IMG/VR virus record: IMGVR_UViG_3300042363_001100
Coordinates: 1 to 35,409 of that record
Direction: 5' to 3' (one strand)
Origin: a virus
Taxonomy: Duplodnaviria > Caudoviricetes
DNA length: 35,409 nt
Shown here: piece after piece, positions 10,180 through 18,607 of the stretch
Layout of the letters: every line of letters starts with the position of its first letter
Numbering within the stretch: position 1 is the stretch's first letter
The notes under the pieces: model-generated
The model's input: only the letters and a program-made list of their open reading frames with translations
What the model was told of the DNA's origin: nothing
Databases searched by the model: none
Made by a program: the position numbers and the translations under genes

Positions 10180-10551
10180 TCAAACCTCTCTGTAATAGTA
10201 TATAATATTATCACCGTTGTCTTCGCGAGTCCATTCTACCACTTCTTCTCCAACTCTGCCAGACTCTTCAGAATATTTAGCAACTAAATAATTATTAAAG
10301 TCTTGTTCAGCCATTGGCCATTGATGATAAGGATCGATGATATTATTCGACATATAAACAAGCCAAGTAAAATCTGTTGAACCGTAATAATAGTTTGCTA
10401 TATCTTCTGGTCTTTCGCCTTCTTTGATAGTGAAAGGCAAATACAGCATTGGATTAGCGGAAACAAACTCAGTAAAAGAACTTCTGCGAGTAATGTCTTT
10501 TACCTTTTGTCCTTCATAATCTATAGTTGGAAAGTTTTCAAAGTATCTCAT
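10180..10551 (-). CDS. gp53: Baseplate wedge gp53, N-terminal LysM-like part
   Basis: MRYFENFPTIDY..IKEGERPEDIANYYYGS..WLVYMSNNIIDPYHQWP, the gp53 signature. Confidence 0.88.
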   Translation of the reverse strand: MRYFENFPTIDYEGQKVKDITRRSSFTEFVSANPMLYLPFTIKEGERPEDIANYYYGSTDFTWLVYMSNNIIDPYHQWPMAEQDFNNYLVAKYSEESGRVGEEVVEWTREDNGDNIIYYYREV

Positions 10552-11630
10552 AGTTCACCTGCCTGTGGTGGTACAAACTGCGGCGGAATACCTTTAGCAG
10601 CATCTGGTGAAAGTGCGCCGTAATCATTAGCAGTTTCAATTTGTAATTCTTGTAGTGATATTGCAATATTAACGCCAGCTGGACGGCCACCTTGCATGAT
10701 ACCTAATGTACCACCAGCACCATAATCAACGTTAAAGCTTGTAATCATTGCGGGTTTAAATTTCATATAGTATTCTGTATCTACACCAAGTAAATATATT
10801 TTACAGATGTGAGGGTAACGTAAAAATGCTTCTGCTATTCCTGCTGCGCCAGTACCAAGATCTTGTGTAACAGGAAGTACCGATTTTTTAAACATGTTAA
10901 TAACTTCTTGTATTCTAGCTGAATCTTGCGGATTGTTAGGATACAAATCCCAGTTAAACTGATGTTGTCTTAATTGAACACCTTCAAATGCTAATGTTTC
11001 TCTTGGATTTAAAACTTGACCAGTTGCAAGGTTTACAGATCTTCCAATAGCGTCAGGAAGAATTTTTCTTAGCAAATACATTGAGGCACTAGCAGCATCT
11101 GCTGTAGACGTCCCTCCAATTGCTCGAGCAGCTTCTTGAATTGCTGCACCTGCATTGCCACCGCCACTCATCAAACCGCCAAGCGCTTTAGCTGTTGCTG
11201 CGCCTGCAGCTTGAATCTGTCCCGGAATATCTCCAAGTGTTCCTTGACCACTTTTAGTAAAGTTGTTTATTTGCTGTGTTAAACCTTCGATTAGTGGATC
11301 TCTTTGAAATCCATTGACTATCAAAGCATTAGAATCTTGTAGTTGTTTTGGAAAAGGTAATTCAATTGACTTTACAGATCTTAAACTAACGCCTGATTGT
11401 CTATTAGCAGAAATTCCAAAGGTGCTGTTACCACGACCGTATCCTTCGTTAGTTAACAACGATTTAAAGCTAGCAAAATTCTTATAATCATATTCTTCAA
11501 AAACCAAAAGCATTGTATGTGGAAACGGCTTATCTGGAAACCTCACAAAGGCTCCATTGGACGCATCTGCTCTTTCAAACTTCTGACGGAATGACTCTGG
11601 TCTACTAGTATTGGTGCGAAAGAATGACAT
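10548..11630 (-). CDS. gp48: Baseplate tail-tube cap gp48
   Basis: NPRETLAFEGVQLRQHQFNWDLYP..FLRYP..ITSFNVDYG..ISLQELQI; adjacent to gp53. Confidence 0.85.
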   Translation of the reverse strand: MSFFRTNTSRPESFRQKFERADASNGAFVRFPDKPFPHTMLLVFEEYDYKNFASFKSLLTNEGYGRGNSTFGISANRQSGVSLRSVKSIELPFPKQLQDSNALIVNGFQRDPLIEGLTQQINNFTKSGQGTLGDIPGQIQAAGAATAKALGGLMSGGGNAGAAIQEAARAIGGTSTADAASASMYLLRKILPDAIGRSVNLATGQVLNPRETLAFEGVQLRQHQFNWDLYPNNPQDSARIQEVINMFKKSVLPVTQDLGTGAAGIAEAFLRYPHICKIYLLGVDTEYYMKFKPAMITSFNVDYGAGGTLGIMQGGRPAGVNIAISLQELQIETANDYGALSPDAAKGIPPQFVPPQAGEL

Positions 11631-11651
11631 GAGAGGCGTCTACCTTTTCCT

Positions 11652-11678
11652 TATAAATAATTTATATTTCTATTTATA
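11652..11678. promoter_or_regulatory. Pair of T4-type late promoters (TATAAATA on + at 11652-11659 and on - at 11671-11678) serving the divergent structural operons
   Basis: Exact T4 gp55 late consensus on both strands between gp48 and gp4. Confidence 0.85.
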
Positions 11679-11697
11679 ACAAATTATGGGGTGAAGT

Positions 11698-12153
11698 TTG
11701 GCATACAGCGGAAGGTTTAAACCGAAAAATCCAAACAAATACAAGGGTGATCCAACCAGAGTTATTTATCGCTCCATGTGGGAGTTTAAATTCTTTAGAT
11801 ACTTGGATGTGCACCCTGATGTTATTTGGTGGCAGTCTGAAGAAGTTATTGTACCTTACTTATCACCTATAGATGGTAAAAGACATAGATATTTTCCAGA
11901 CGTAGTAGTACACAGTAAAATGCCGGACGGCAGCGCTAAAACGCTAATGATTGAAATTAAGCCTAAGTATCAAACTAGGCCGCCCGACATAAGTAAAAGC
12001 AGAACAGAAAAAGGTAGAGCTTCAAGAAAGTATATTAACGAAGTTAAAACCTGGGGCATAAATGACGCAAAATGGAAAGCAGCTACATCGTATTGCGCTG
12101 CAAAGGGTTGGGAATTTCAAATTTATACAGAAGATCAACTAGGAATAAAATAA
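11698..12153 (+). CDS. gp4: Head completion nuclease gp4 (TnsA-like)
   Basis: AYSGRFKPKNPNKYKGDPT.VIYRSMWE..HRYFPD..IEIKP; TTG start. Confidence 0.93.
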   Translation: MAYSGRFKPKNPNKYKGDPTRVIYRSMWEFKFFRYLDVHPDVIWWQSEEVIVPYLSPIDGKRHRYFPDVVVHSKMPDGSAKTLMIEIKPKYQTRPPDISKSRTEKGRASRKYINEVKTWGINDAKWKAATSYCAAKGWEFQIYTEDQLGIK

Positions 12154-12777
12154 ATGGCGGCAATATTTGATGAGATTCTTTTAAGAGGTATTCGTGCTGG
12201 ACAAGTTCCTGCACGATCTGCTGCTGCGAGAGAATGGTATCGTGAACAAGCTAAAGGCATTACTAGAACTTCTAGAAATAGATCTCAAGGTGATAGACTT
12301 ATTAAAGAGTTAGCAGGCGACACTAATCGTACTCAAGACGATAGATTTAGAATGGGTAACATGTATTTGTTTTCTTATGACCCAAAACATAAAGACACAT
12401 TACCATACTACGATAGATTTCCATTAATATTTCCAATAAATAAGGCAAAGGGTGGTTTCCTTGGGATCAATATGCATTATTTGCCACCGATTTTAAGAGC
12501 AAAATTAATGGATCAATTGTATACCGTGTTAAACAACAAAAACTTCGATGAGACTACAAGACTAACTGCATCATATAAAATTTTAAACAGTGCTGCTAAA
12601 TTTAAAGAATTTCAACCCTGTATTAAACATTATTTGAATGCACATGTAAGAAGTAAACCAGCGTATATTAATCCTACTGAATGGGATATTGCGTTGTTCT
12701 TACCAACTCAGAAATTTGTTGGAGCTACTGCATCACAAGTATATGCTGATTCTAGAAAAATCGTAAGAGGACAATAA
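12154..12777 (+). CDS. gp2: DNA end protector protein gp2
   Basis: GNMYLFSYDPKHKDTLPYYDRFPLIF..GFLGINMHYLPP..EWDIALFLPT. Confidence 0.95.
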   Translation: MAAIFDEILLRGIRAGQVPARSAAAREWYREQAKGITRTSRNRSQGDRLIKELAGDTNRTQDDRFRMGNMYLFSYDPKHKDTLPYYDRFPLIFPINKAKGGFLGINMHYLPPILRAKLMDQLYTVLNNKNFDETTRLTASYKILNSAAKFKEFQPCIKHYLNAHVRSKPAYINPTEWDIALFLPTQKFVGATASQVYADSRKIVRGQ

Positions 12778-13535
12778 TGGCATTTAGAATAAACGAATTT
12801 AAAGCACAGCTAGACTGGTTTGGTGGACCGGCGCGTGGTTCGTTGTTTGAAGTCCAAATCATAAGACCTAGAAATGTTAGATCACGAACTAACTCTAGAG
12901 ATCTAATTTTCTTTTGCAAAAATGCTTCCATCCCGGGTATTATATTTAACTCGGCATCAAGCGAACACGTGGCGCAGGCTCGTAGAATGCAGCCAATGAC
13001 TGTTAACACAGAGCCGCTTGCTGCTATTTTTATGTTAGACTCTGATCATCAAGTACTATCGTTTTTCCATTCTTGGGCGCAAAACATTGTAAACTATGGT
13101 ACATCAGCTGGTTCTTTTTCAGAAGTAAATGGTAAATTACCACACGAAATTGGTTATAAAGATGATTATTCTTGTCGTATTATCATTCGCCAATACTCTA
13201 CTAACTATGATGTGTCAGGTCAATACTACGAAGTTATTTTAGATAACGCGTATCCTATGTCGATTGGTGACGTAGATTTAGCTTGGGAAAACAACGATTC
13301 TTTTAGCGTACTACCAGTAAGTTTTCAATACGATAGAATTCAATACACCGGAGAAAGAATAGGTTCTCCTACTGCTCGTTTTGGAAGAGGTAATGGCTTG
13401 TTAGGACTAATTAACAGAATTGGTGCTGTAGGACAATTGATTGGACAAGACTTAGTACCACAATCTATTCAAGATGCTGTTAACAAATACACTATAGTGA
13501 ATAACAATGTTCGTAGAATCAAAACACTTTTTTAA
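12777..13535 (+). CDS. Tail tube-like protein (gp54 baseplate tube initiator / gp19 fold)
   Basis: GPARGSLFEVQI..CKNASIPG..NAYPMSIGDVDLAW..LPVSFQY indicate the gp19/gp54 fold; lies between gp2 and gp26. Confidence 0.8.
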   Translation: MAFRINEFKAQLDWFGGPARGSLFEVQIIRPRNVRSRTNSRDLIFFCKNASIPGIIFNSASSEHVAQARRMQPMTVNTEPLAAIFMLDSDHQVLSFFHSWAQNIVNYGTSAGSFSEVNGKLPHEIGYKDDYSCRIIIRQYSTNYDVSGQYYEVILDNAYPMSIGDVDLAWENNDSFSVLPVSFQYDRIQYTGERIGSPTARFGRGNGLLGLINRIGAVGQLIGQDLVPQSIQDAVNKYTIVNNNVRRIKTLF

Positions 13536-13553
13536 ATAATGGAGAAATAAATT

Positions 13554-14255
13554 ATGGCTTTACCTAAGATTGACTTACCGATCTTTGAATTAGAATTACC
13601 TTCAACTGGTGAGAAGGTTAAATATCGTCCTTTTACCGTTAAAGAAGAAAAGATTCTTTTAGTTGCTCAGGAATCAAAAGATGCGCAACAAGAAATTTTA
13701 GCAACCAAGCAAGTTGTTAATAATTGTTTAATAGACAAAGACATTAGTAATCTGGCAATGTTTGACTTAGAATATGTTTTGCTTATTCTAAGATCTAGAT
13801 CAGTAGATAATACTATGACCTTTAATGTTAGGGATCCAGACACAAAAGAGTCAGTAACTTTAGAACTAGACATTGAAAATATTCAACTAGTAAAAGATAA
13901 AGATCATACTAATAAAATTAAAATTAACGAAGAGTACACGTTATTTTTAAGATATCCGTCGATTGATCAATATATCGATATTTCAAATATGGACGCGACA
14001 GATCCATTAGTTAATTACTATATCATGGTTTCATGTTTAGATAATGTTGCATCGGAAGACGAGATTCATTATTTTAAAGATTACAAACCAGAAGAAGTTG
14101 ACGCTTTTATGGAAGGCGTAACTGGCGAGGTAGTAAAGCATATTCAAACATTTTTTGAAACCATGCCACGATTAAGACACGAATTAAAATACAAAAATAA
14201 AGAAGGTAAGGAACAAACATTTGTCATTGAAGGAATGCGAACTTTTTTTATGTAA
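13554..14255 (+). CDS. gp26: Baseplate hub assembly protein gp26
   Basis: MALPKIDLP..LPSTGEKVKYRPFTVKEEKILL..FDLEYVLLILRSRSV..FFETMP..IEGMRTFF. Confidence 0.93.
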   Translation: MALPKIDLPIFELELPSTGEKVKYRPFTVKEEKILLVAQESKDAQQEILATKQVVNNCLIDKDISNLAMFDLEYVLLILRSRSVDNTMTFNVRDPDTKESVTLELDIENIQLVKDKDHTNKIKINEEYTLFLRYPSIDQYIDISNMDATDPLVNYYIMVSCLDNVASEDEIHYFKDYKPEEVDAFMEGVTGEVVKHIQTFFETMPRLRHELKYKNKEGKEQTFVIEGMRTFFM

Positions 14256-14257
14256 CG

Positions 14258-14416
14258 TTGTGCCATATAAACTTGGGCGAATATTATCAGATGGTGTTCG
14301 CTATGGCTCAGCATCATAAGTATTCAATATCTGAAATTGAAAATATGTTACCGTACGAAAGAGATCTTTATTTTGGTATGATTGTTGACTGGATAGAAAA
14401 ACAAAAAGAAAAATAG
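14258..14416 (+). CDS. gp51: Baseplate hub assembly protein gp51 (not in the ORF track; possibly reached by -1 frameshift from gp26)
   Basis: Manual translation LCHINLGEYYQMVFAMAQHHKYSISEIENMLPYERDLYFGMIVDWIEKQKEK*. QHHKYS..EIENM.P.ERD.Y is the T4-like gp51 motif. Start codon is uncertain. Confidence 0.82.
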   Translation: MCHINLGEYYQMVFAMAQHHKYSISEIENMLPYERDLYFGMIVDWIEKQKEK

Positions 14417-14427
14417 GAATTTAACAA

Positions 14428-16314
14428 ATGGCAGAATTATCAGCAGACGCATTAGCAATAGTCGATAGACTTAAAAGAGAAGGTGATCTCAATAGAAATA
14501 GTGGGACTAATTCGATACGTTCTGTGAAAATTGAGTTGAGTAAATTCCAAGATATTTTTAAAACAATTTCTACTAACATAGCTACACAAGCCGAAGTTCT
14601 AAAAGTTCAAACTAACTTAGCTAAAGAAGCGGCTGAGAAAGCTGAAACACAGGAGCAATTTAAAGAAATTGAACCAAAGCAAACTAAATTTGAAAAAGAT
14701 GACGACGAGTCAAAGAGCAAATTAGTAACAGAATCAGAAAACAAAAAAATCAACGCTATGGGTGACGCTATTCGTAGCGCACTATCATTTAAAAATCTTG
14801 CGCTAGCTGGCGCAGGTTTATTTGTAGGTTACAATTTTCTAAAAGGTTTTATTGACGAAAAAACTGGTGGTGGATTTACAGAGTTTGAAAAGAACATTGG
14901 TCCTTTTGCTAAGAGTCTACCCGGAATAGGTTCAGCATTATCCGATTTTCCAGGTACGCTTGCTAGATTACAAACTAGTATTGACGGGATTGGAAAAAGC
15001 ATTACTGATTTTTCTGCTTCTATAAACAATTTTTTAAAAGACTACGGTACGCCTTTAGCTATGCTTGCTGGGCTAGCAGGTTTAATAGGTTTTGGTGGCT
15101 TGGGTGGACTTGCTAATTTAGTTGCAGCGATAATAAATGCAATGAATAAAGGCCCAAAGGTACCGGTACCTCCAACAGCTACACCACCGGCAGGGCAAAA
15201 GCCAGGTGCGCCAGGAGCACCGCCGTCGGGTGCGCCAGGAGCACCAGCTCCAGGTACGCCGGGTGCTCCAGGTAAAACCGCTGAGCAGCCTAAAATTGAT
15301 CCTAAAACGGGCAGAATGCGCGATCCTAAAACAGGTAAATTTTTGCCTACTCCGAAAAGCCCTGTTAGTATTACTCCATCTCCAGGTGCTACATCTACAT
15401 CTGCAGCTAGTTCAGCCGCAGATCCTAAAATGTCAAAGGTGGCTAATAAAATTGTTAAAGGACTTGGCGCATTGGGTATCGGATTTACAGCTTATCAGTT
15501 CACTCAGCTTGTTGGACTAATAGATAATCCTAACTCAACTCAAAAAGACAAGCAAGCAGCAGTCGCCGGTTTCCTAGCATCAATGATGAGTGCTGGTGTT
15601 GGCGGCACGGCCGGCGCAATTATTGGTGCATTCGGCGGGCCGTGGGGTTCGTTAATTTTTGGTGTAATTGGTGCTGGACTAGGAGCTCTAGGCGGAGAGT
15701 TGCTAGGCGAGTATATTGCAAAATGGGCATTTGAAGAAGGCGAACCTTCACAAGAAGACATTGATAAGAGAAATAGACAAATTGGTATAGATCAGTATTT
15801 AGATAAAGTTAATGCTAGACCTGAAAAACCATTGAACCCCGGTACAAAAGGCTTTGGTGCACGAGCAAAAGCTTATGCAGACTGGAATGCTCAATACAGT
15901 GAAACACACAATCCAGATGGTACACCAAAAGCTAGTGTGTCTACTGGAACTGCTATGGGTGGCCGCGGTAGCATAGTAGAAAAACCTGGCGAAAGAGAAG
16001 CTTATATGAAAGCTGAAGCTGCTCGTCAAGCAGCTTTAAATGATGAAATTCTTAAACCTGGTGCTTTTGTATTAACTGATACACCAGAAAGTATGGTAAG
16101 CGGCAGTACTAATCGTAAAAATGGTTTAAATACTGTAGCAGGCAATGGTAGCGGTGGAGGAGCAGTGATTATTAATGCACCGGTTAGTGCGCCATCATCT
16201 ATTAATTTAACAAATGGTGGTTCAAGTGTTAATCAATTAAGTATTAGTGGCGGAGGTGGAGTGGGTATAGGACCATCTATGCTACCGTATGGATTAACTA
16301 ACGCATACAATTAA
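14428..16314 (+). CDS. Probable tape-measure / baseplate hub protein (gp29-like)
   Basis: 628 aa, coiled N-terminus, Gly/Ala-rich hydrophobic segments, Pro-rich insert, C-terminal VIINAP..N motif; follows gp26/gp51. Called on synteny and composition. Confidence 0.65.
   Translation: MAELSADALAIVDRLKREGDLNRNSGTNSIRSVKIELSKFQDIFKTISTNIATQAEVLKVQTNLAKEAAEKAETQEQFKEIEPKQTKFEKDDDESKSKLVTESENKKINAMGDAIRSALSFKNLALAGAGLFVGYNFLKGFIDEKTGGGFTEFEKNIGPFAKSLPGIGSALSDFPGTLARLQTSIDGIGKSITDFSASINNFLKDYGTPLAMLAGLAGLIGFGGLGGLANLVAAIINAMNKGPKVPVPPTATPPAGQKPGAPGAPPSGAPGAPAPGTPGAPGKTAEQPKIDPKTGRMRDPKTGKFLPTPKSPVSITPSPGATSTSAASSAADPKMSKVANKIVKGLGALGIGFTAYQFTQLVGLIDNPNSTQKDKQAAVAGFLASMMSAGVGGTAGAIIGAFGGPWGSLIFGVIGAGLGALGGELLGEYIAKWAFEEGEPSQEDIDKRNRQIGIDQYLDKVNARPEKPLNPGTKGFGARAKAYADWNAQYSETHNPDGTPKASVSTGTAMGGRGSIVEKPGEREAYMKAEAARQAALNDEILKPGAFVLTDTPESMVSGSTNRKNGLNTVAGNGSGGGAVIINAPVSAPSSINLTNGGSSVNQLSISGGGGVGIGPSMLPYGLTNAYN
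15205..15245 (+). repeat. 17-bp direct repeat in the PGAP low-complexity insert
   Basis: GGTGCGCCAGGAGCACC at 15205-15221 and 15229-15245. Confidence 0.8.
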
Positions 16315-16350
16315 TAAAAAAGGGAGCTTTGAGCTCCCTTAGTTTATTTA
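16315..16350. terminator. Intrinsic terminator between convergent units, probably bidirectional
   Basis: AAGGGAGCT-TTG-AGCTCCCTT hairpin (16320-16340), with an A-run on the left (U-tract for - strand) and T-rich sequence on the right. Confidence 0.85.
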
Positions 16351-16400
16351 GAAGGTTGGTTAAACCAAGCTTCCCATTCTTCATCTGATACTGGCCACAT
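16344..16400 (-). CDS. 18-aa small peptide MWPVSDEEWEAWFNQPSK
   Basis: Manual translation. Starts 2 nt after the upstream stop and ends exactly at the terminator. Confidence 0.5.
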   Translation of the reverse strand: MWPVSDEEWEAWFNQPSK

Positions 16401-16402
16401 GA

Positions 16403-16639
16403 TTAGTCTTTCTTAGAAACAAAACCATAAAGCTCTTGAGCTTTCTTAGTTAGTTCTTCAATAGAGTATTGAGCCGGTATAAATTCTTTCCACGTTTCAG
16501 CATTAACCTTTCCAGCATCAAGCGCGGCTTCATATGCACGATGCGCAAACTGCATGTTAAGTTCTTGTTGACGATCCATGTATTCCTTAGCCATTGCAAG
16601 GATTTCTGTGCGAATTTCGAAAGGGTTTTTGTTTGACAT
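16403..16639 (-). CDS. Hypothetical phage protein (MSNKNPFEIR...)
   Basis: AGGAG RBS precedes the ATG at 16639, so the start is trimmed relative to the ORF track; helical protein. Confidence 0.8.
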   Translation of the reverse strand: MSNKNPFEIRTEILAMAKEYMDRQQELNMQFAHRAYEAALDAGKVNAETWKEFIPAQYSIEELTKKAQELYGFVSKKD

Positions 16640-16674
16640 AATAGTCTCCTGTGTTGTGTGTAATGATGCCACAA

Positions 16675-16764
16675 TTACTTGTGACGGGCTTTGCGCATTC
16701 CAGCGCGGGTTTCTTGCATCACTTCTAAGAGGTGAATAAAGAAATTCTTAATGGGATTAAACAT
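16675..16764 (-). CDS. 29-aa amphipathic, basic small protein MFNPIKNFFIHLLEVMQETRAGMRKARHK
   Basis: Manual translation. ATG overlaps the upstream TAA (TAATG), with GAAGGA upstream. Confidence 0.6.
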   Translation of the reverse strand: MFNPIKNFFIHLLEVMQETRAGMRKARHK

Positions 16765-17012
16765 TAAATGGTTCCTTCTGCTTTAGGTTGTGGGAATAGT
16801 TTAGTAGCGTATGAATCAACAGAATATTTAGCAAGATCAGTAAAGTTTTTTGCTAGCATTTTAGCAAAAACTGTTTGCGCATTAATAAAATCGTGAGCGG
16901 CTTTGTTTAACGTAGGATCAGTAATAACTTTATCCGTTAAACCGCGCTTAGTTGTTTGAAACGCTTCGATATGAGCTTCTAGCGTTAGGTATGGTGCGAA
17001 CATTGAAAACAT
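16764..17012 (-). CDS. Small helical protein, possibly phasin-like
   Basis: AAGGA RBS before the ATG at 17012. Amphipathic Ala/Lys/Phe-rich helices (AAHDFINAQTVFAKMLAKNFTDLAK). The phasin call is tentative. Confidence 0.55.
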   Translation of the reverse strand: MFSMFAPYLTLEAHIEAFQTTKRGLTDKVITDPTLNKAAHDFINAQTVFAKMLAKNFTDLAKYSVDSYATKLFPQPKAEGTI

Positions 17013-17042
17013 ATTTTTCCTTTTGTGTTGTGTGTATGAAAT

Positions 17043-17061
17043 GGAGGGCATTTCACCCTCC
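17043..17061 (-). terminator. Hairpin after hsp20 (weak terminator or processing site)
   Basis: GGAGGGT-GAAAT-GCCCTCC on the - strand with only a short U-tract. Confidence 0.5.
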
Positions 17062-17070
17062 TAGTTTTAT

Positions 17071-17526
17071 TTATCCGTTGAGTACGGCATGCGCTAACGT
17101 ACCGCTAGAGCCAATCACAATTTTATGCGGCTTCTTTTCTTCTGGGATTATGTTCTCGAGCTGAATAGTAAGGATACCATCTGCAAGATTTGCTGCTCTT
17201 ACCAAGATTGTATTTACAAGCGTAAAGCTACGCTCAAACGATCTAGTTGAAATACCTTTATGGATATATTCTTGAGTAGTGTCTGTTTTATTACCCCTGA
17301 TAGTTAAGACACCATCTTTAAATTCAATATCAAGATCTTCGATTTTAAAGCCAGCAATTGCAAGTTGCAGCTCATACCAATTTTCTTTTGTTTTGATGAT
17401 ATTGTATGGGGGATAATTTGATTGAATCGTGGGCTTTGATACTTTGTTAAAAAGATTATCAAATCCAATAAAGAATGGATCATTCAATAGATCCGCGTTG
17501 ATTCTACGCGTGGCTGTGCTAGTCAT
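17071..17526 (-). CDS. hsp20: Small heat shock protein Hsp20/IbpA family
   Basis: FIGFDNLF..NYPPYNIIK..LAIAGF..YIHKGISTRSFERSFTL..ANLADGILTIQLE.IIPEEKKP. Confidence 0.96.
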   Translation of the reverse strand: MTSTATRRINADLLNDPFFIGFDNLFNKVSKPTIQSNYPPYNIIKTKENWYELQLAIAGFKIEDLDIEFKDGVLTIRGNKTDTTQEYIHKGISTRSFERSFTLVNTILVRAANLADGILTIQLENIIPEEKKPHKIVIGSSGTLAHAVLNG

Positions 17527-17624
17527 TTTGCTATCTCCTTATTAAGCAAGATTAAGTTGTGCCGTTATTAACCGGCGGTTTAAATAACGTAGGAACCCGA
17601 AGCATTCCTACACTATTATTTATA
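17527..17624 (-). promoter_or_regulatory. Late promoter TATAAATA (17617-17624) followed by a three-hairpin 5' UTR with a ROSE-like RNA thermometer
   Basis: Hairpins at 17589-17611 (C-UUCG-G loop) and 17561-17576. The third, UCUUGCUU-AAU-AAGGAGA at 17534-17551, sequesters the SD with a bulged G. Confidence 0.7.
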
Positions 17625-18135
17625 CACCCGTGCTGCCAAATCCGCCTTCGCGATCAGTTTTTTGCACAGGTTTTTCTTTTGTTTCTGCAATTTTTGTACG
17701 AAGAGTTTTCTCAATTAAGCACTGAGCAATGCGCTCTCCGTTTTCGATTGTTGCCATACTGTCTGACATGTTTTGTAGCATCATAAATGATTCTTCTACG
17801 TAGTCAGAATCAATTATGCCAACACCATTCGCCATCGTCAAACCTTTTTTAAGCGCTTGACTAGAACGAATAAACATCTTCATAACATGACCCTGAGGAA
17901 TATCGAAGATGAGACCTGTTGGTACTAGTACTCGAATACCGGGTGGCAGTTGAAAAGCGTCTCGTGCTCCACCGACACCTTTTACAACAATCACCATTTC
18001 TTTGTTAAAAGCGTTAAACGATCGTAAACGTTGACCATTAATAATACATGCTTTAATATCAAAACAAGCTGATCCGGCTGTTGCGTATTCAGGTAGTTCT
18101 GCTGCTTCATTCACTTTATATACATTCATAATCAC
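17620..18135 (-). CDS. dut: Trimeric dUTPase
   Basis: GSACFDI, IRSS, NGVGIIDSDY, GERIAQ, REGGFGSTG: all five dUTPase motifs. The start may be the ATG at 18129. Confidence 0.96.
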   Translation of the reverse strand: MIMNVYKVNEAAELPEYATAGSACFDIKACIINGQRLRSFNAFNKEMVIVVKGVGGARDAFQLPPGIRVLVPTGLIFDIPQGHVMKMFIRSSQALKKGLTMANGVGIIDSDYVEESFMMLQNMSDSMATIENGERIAQCLIEKTLRTKIAETKEKPVQKTDREGGFGSTGV

Positions 18136-18536
18136 TTTTTCCCAATGTTGTATTTAGCCTCTAAAATCCATTCAGATTTTTCTTTGTGAGATAAAATCTT
18201 AATTTGATTCAACGGAGCGACTGGTTCTTCTGATGCACCTGGATGTGTGACAGTAACCAATCCCCACTCATCGACAAGATTAGTAATAGTATTACGTCTT
18301 GCCATGTCTTCTTCAGTAAACGTGTTCGTCTTTCCGTCTAATATAAACAATTCTTTAAAATGTAGAATTGCGTATCTTCCTTGCTTATGTAGAATATGAC
18401 AAGTTTGATATAACTTCTTTTCTTTTCTCGAAGAAATGCCAATTCTAGTAAGTGTTTCTTTTACTTTCAAGAAACTATCAGGAGAAGGAAGAGAAACCTC
18501 GACACCAACTCCTTTAAAAATGTCCTCATTTTGCAT
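18132..18536 (-). CDS. regA: Translational repressor RegA
   Basis: FLKVKETLTRIGISSRKEKKLYQTCHILHKQGRYAILHFKELF..KYNIGKK. Confidence 0.97.
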   Translation of the reverse strand: MQNEDIFKGVGVEVSLPSPDSFLKVKETLTRIGISSRKEKKLYQTCHILHKQGRYAILHFKELFILDGKTNTFTEEDMARRNTITNLVDEWGLVTVTHPGASEEPVAPLNQIKILSHKEKSEWILEAKYNIGKK

Positions 18537-18607
18537 AACGACAGCACCTTATTTTTTATGTTATTATTGTTCACGATGCCCACCATGACCATCAATACAT
18601 ATTTATT

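Noticed and set aside
10177-10182. Genome-wide stop-codon reassignment as an explanation for the gp53 split
   Set aside because: The junction contains both TGA and TAA. TGA ends many genes in ATGA overlaps, and all other core genes are intact in the standard code.
11698-12153. Tn7 TnsA transposase or mobile element
   Set aside because: The TnsA-like fold here is the conserved T4 gp4 in its normal context; there are no transposon ends or partner genes.
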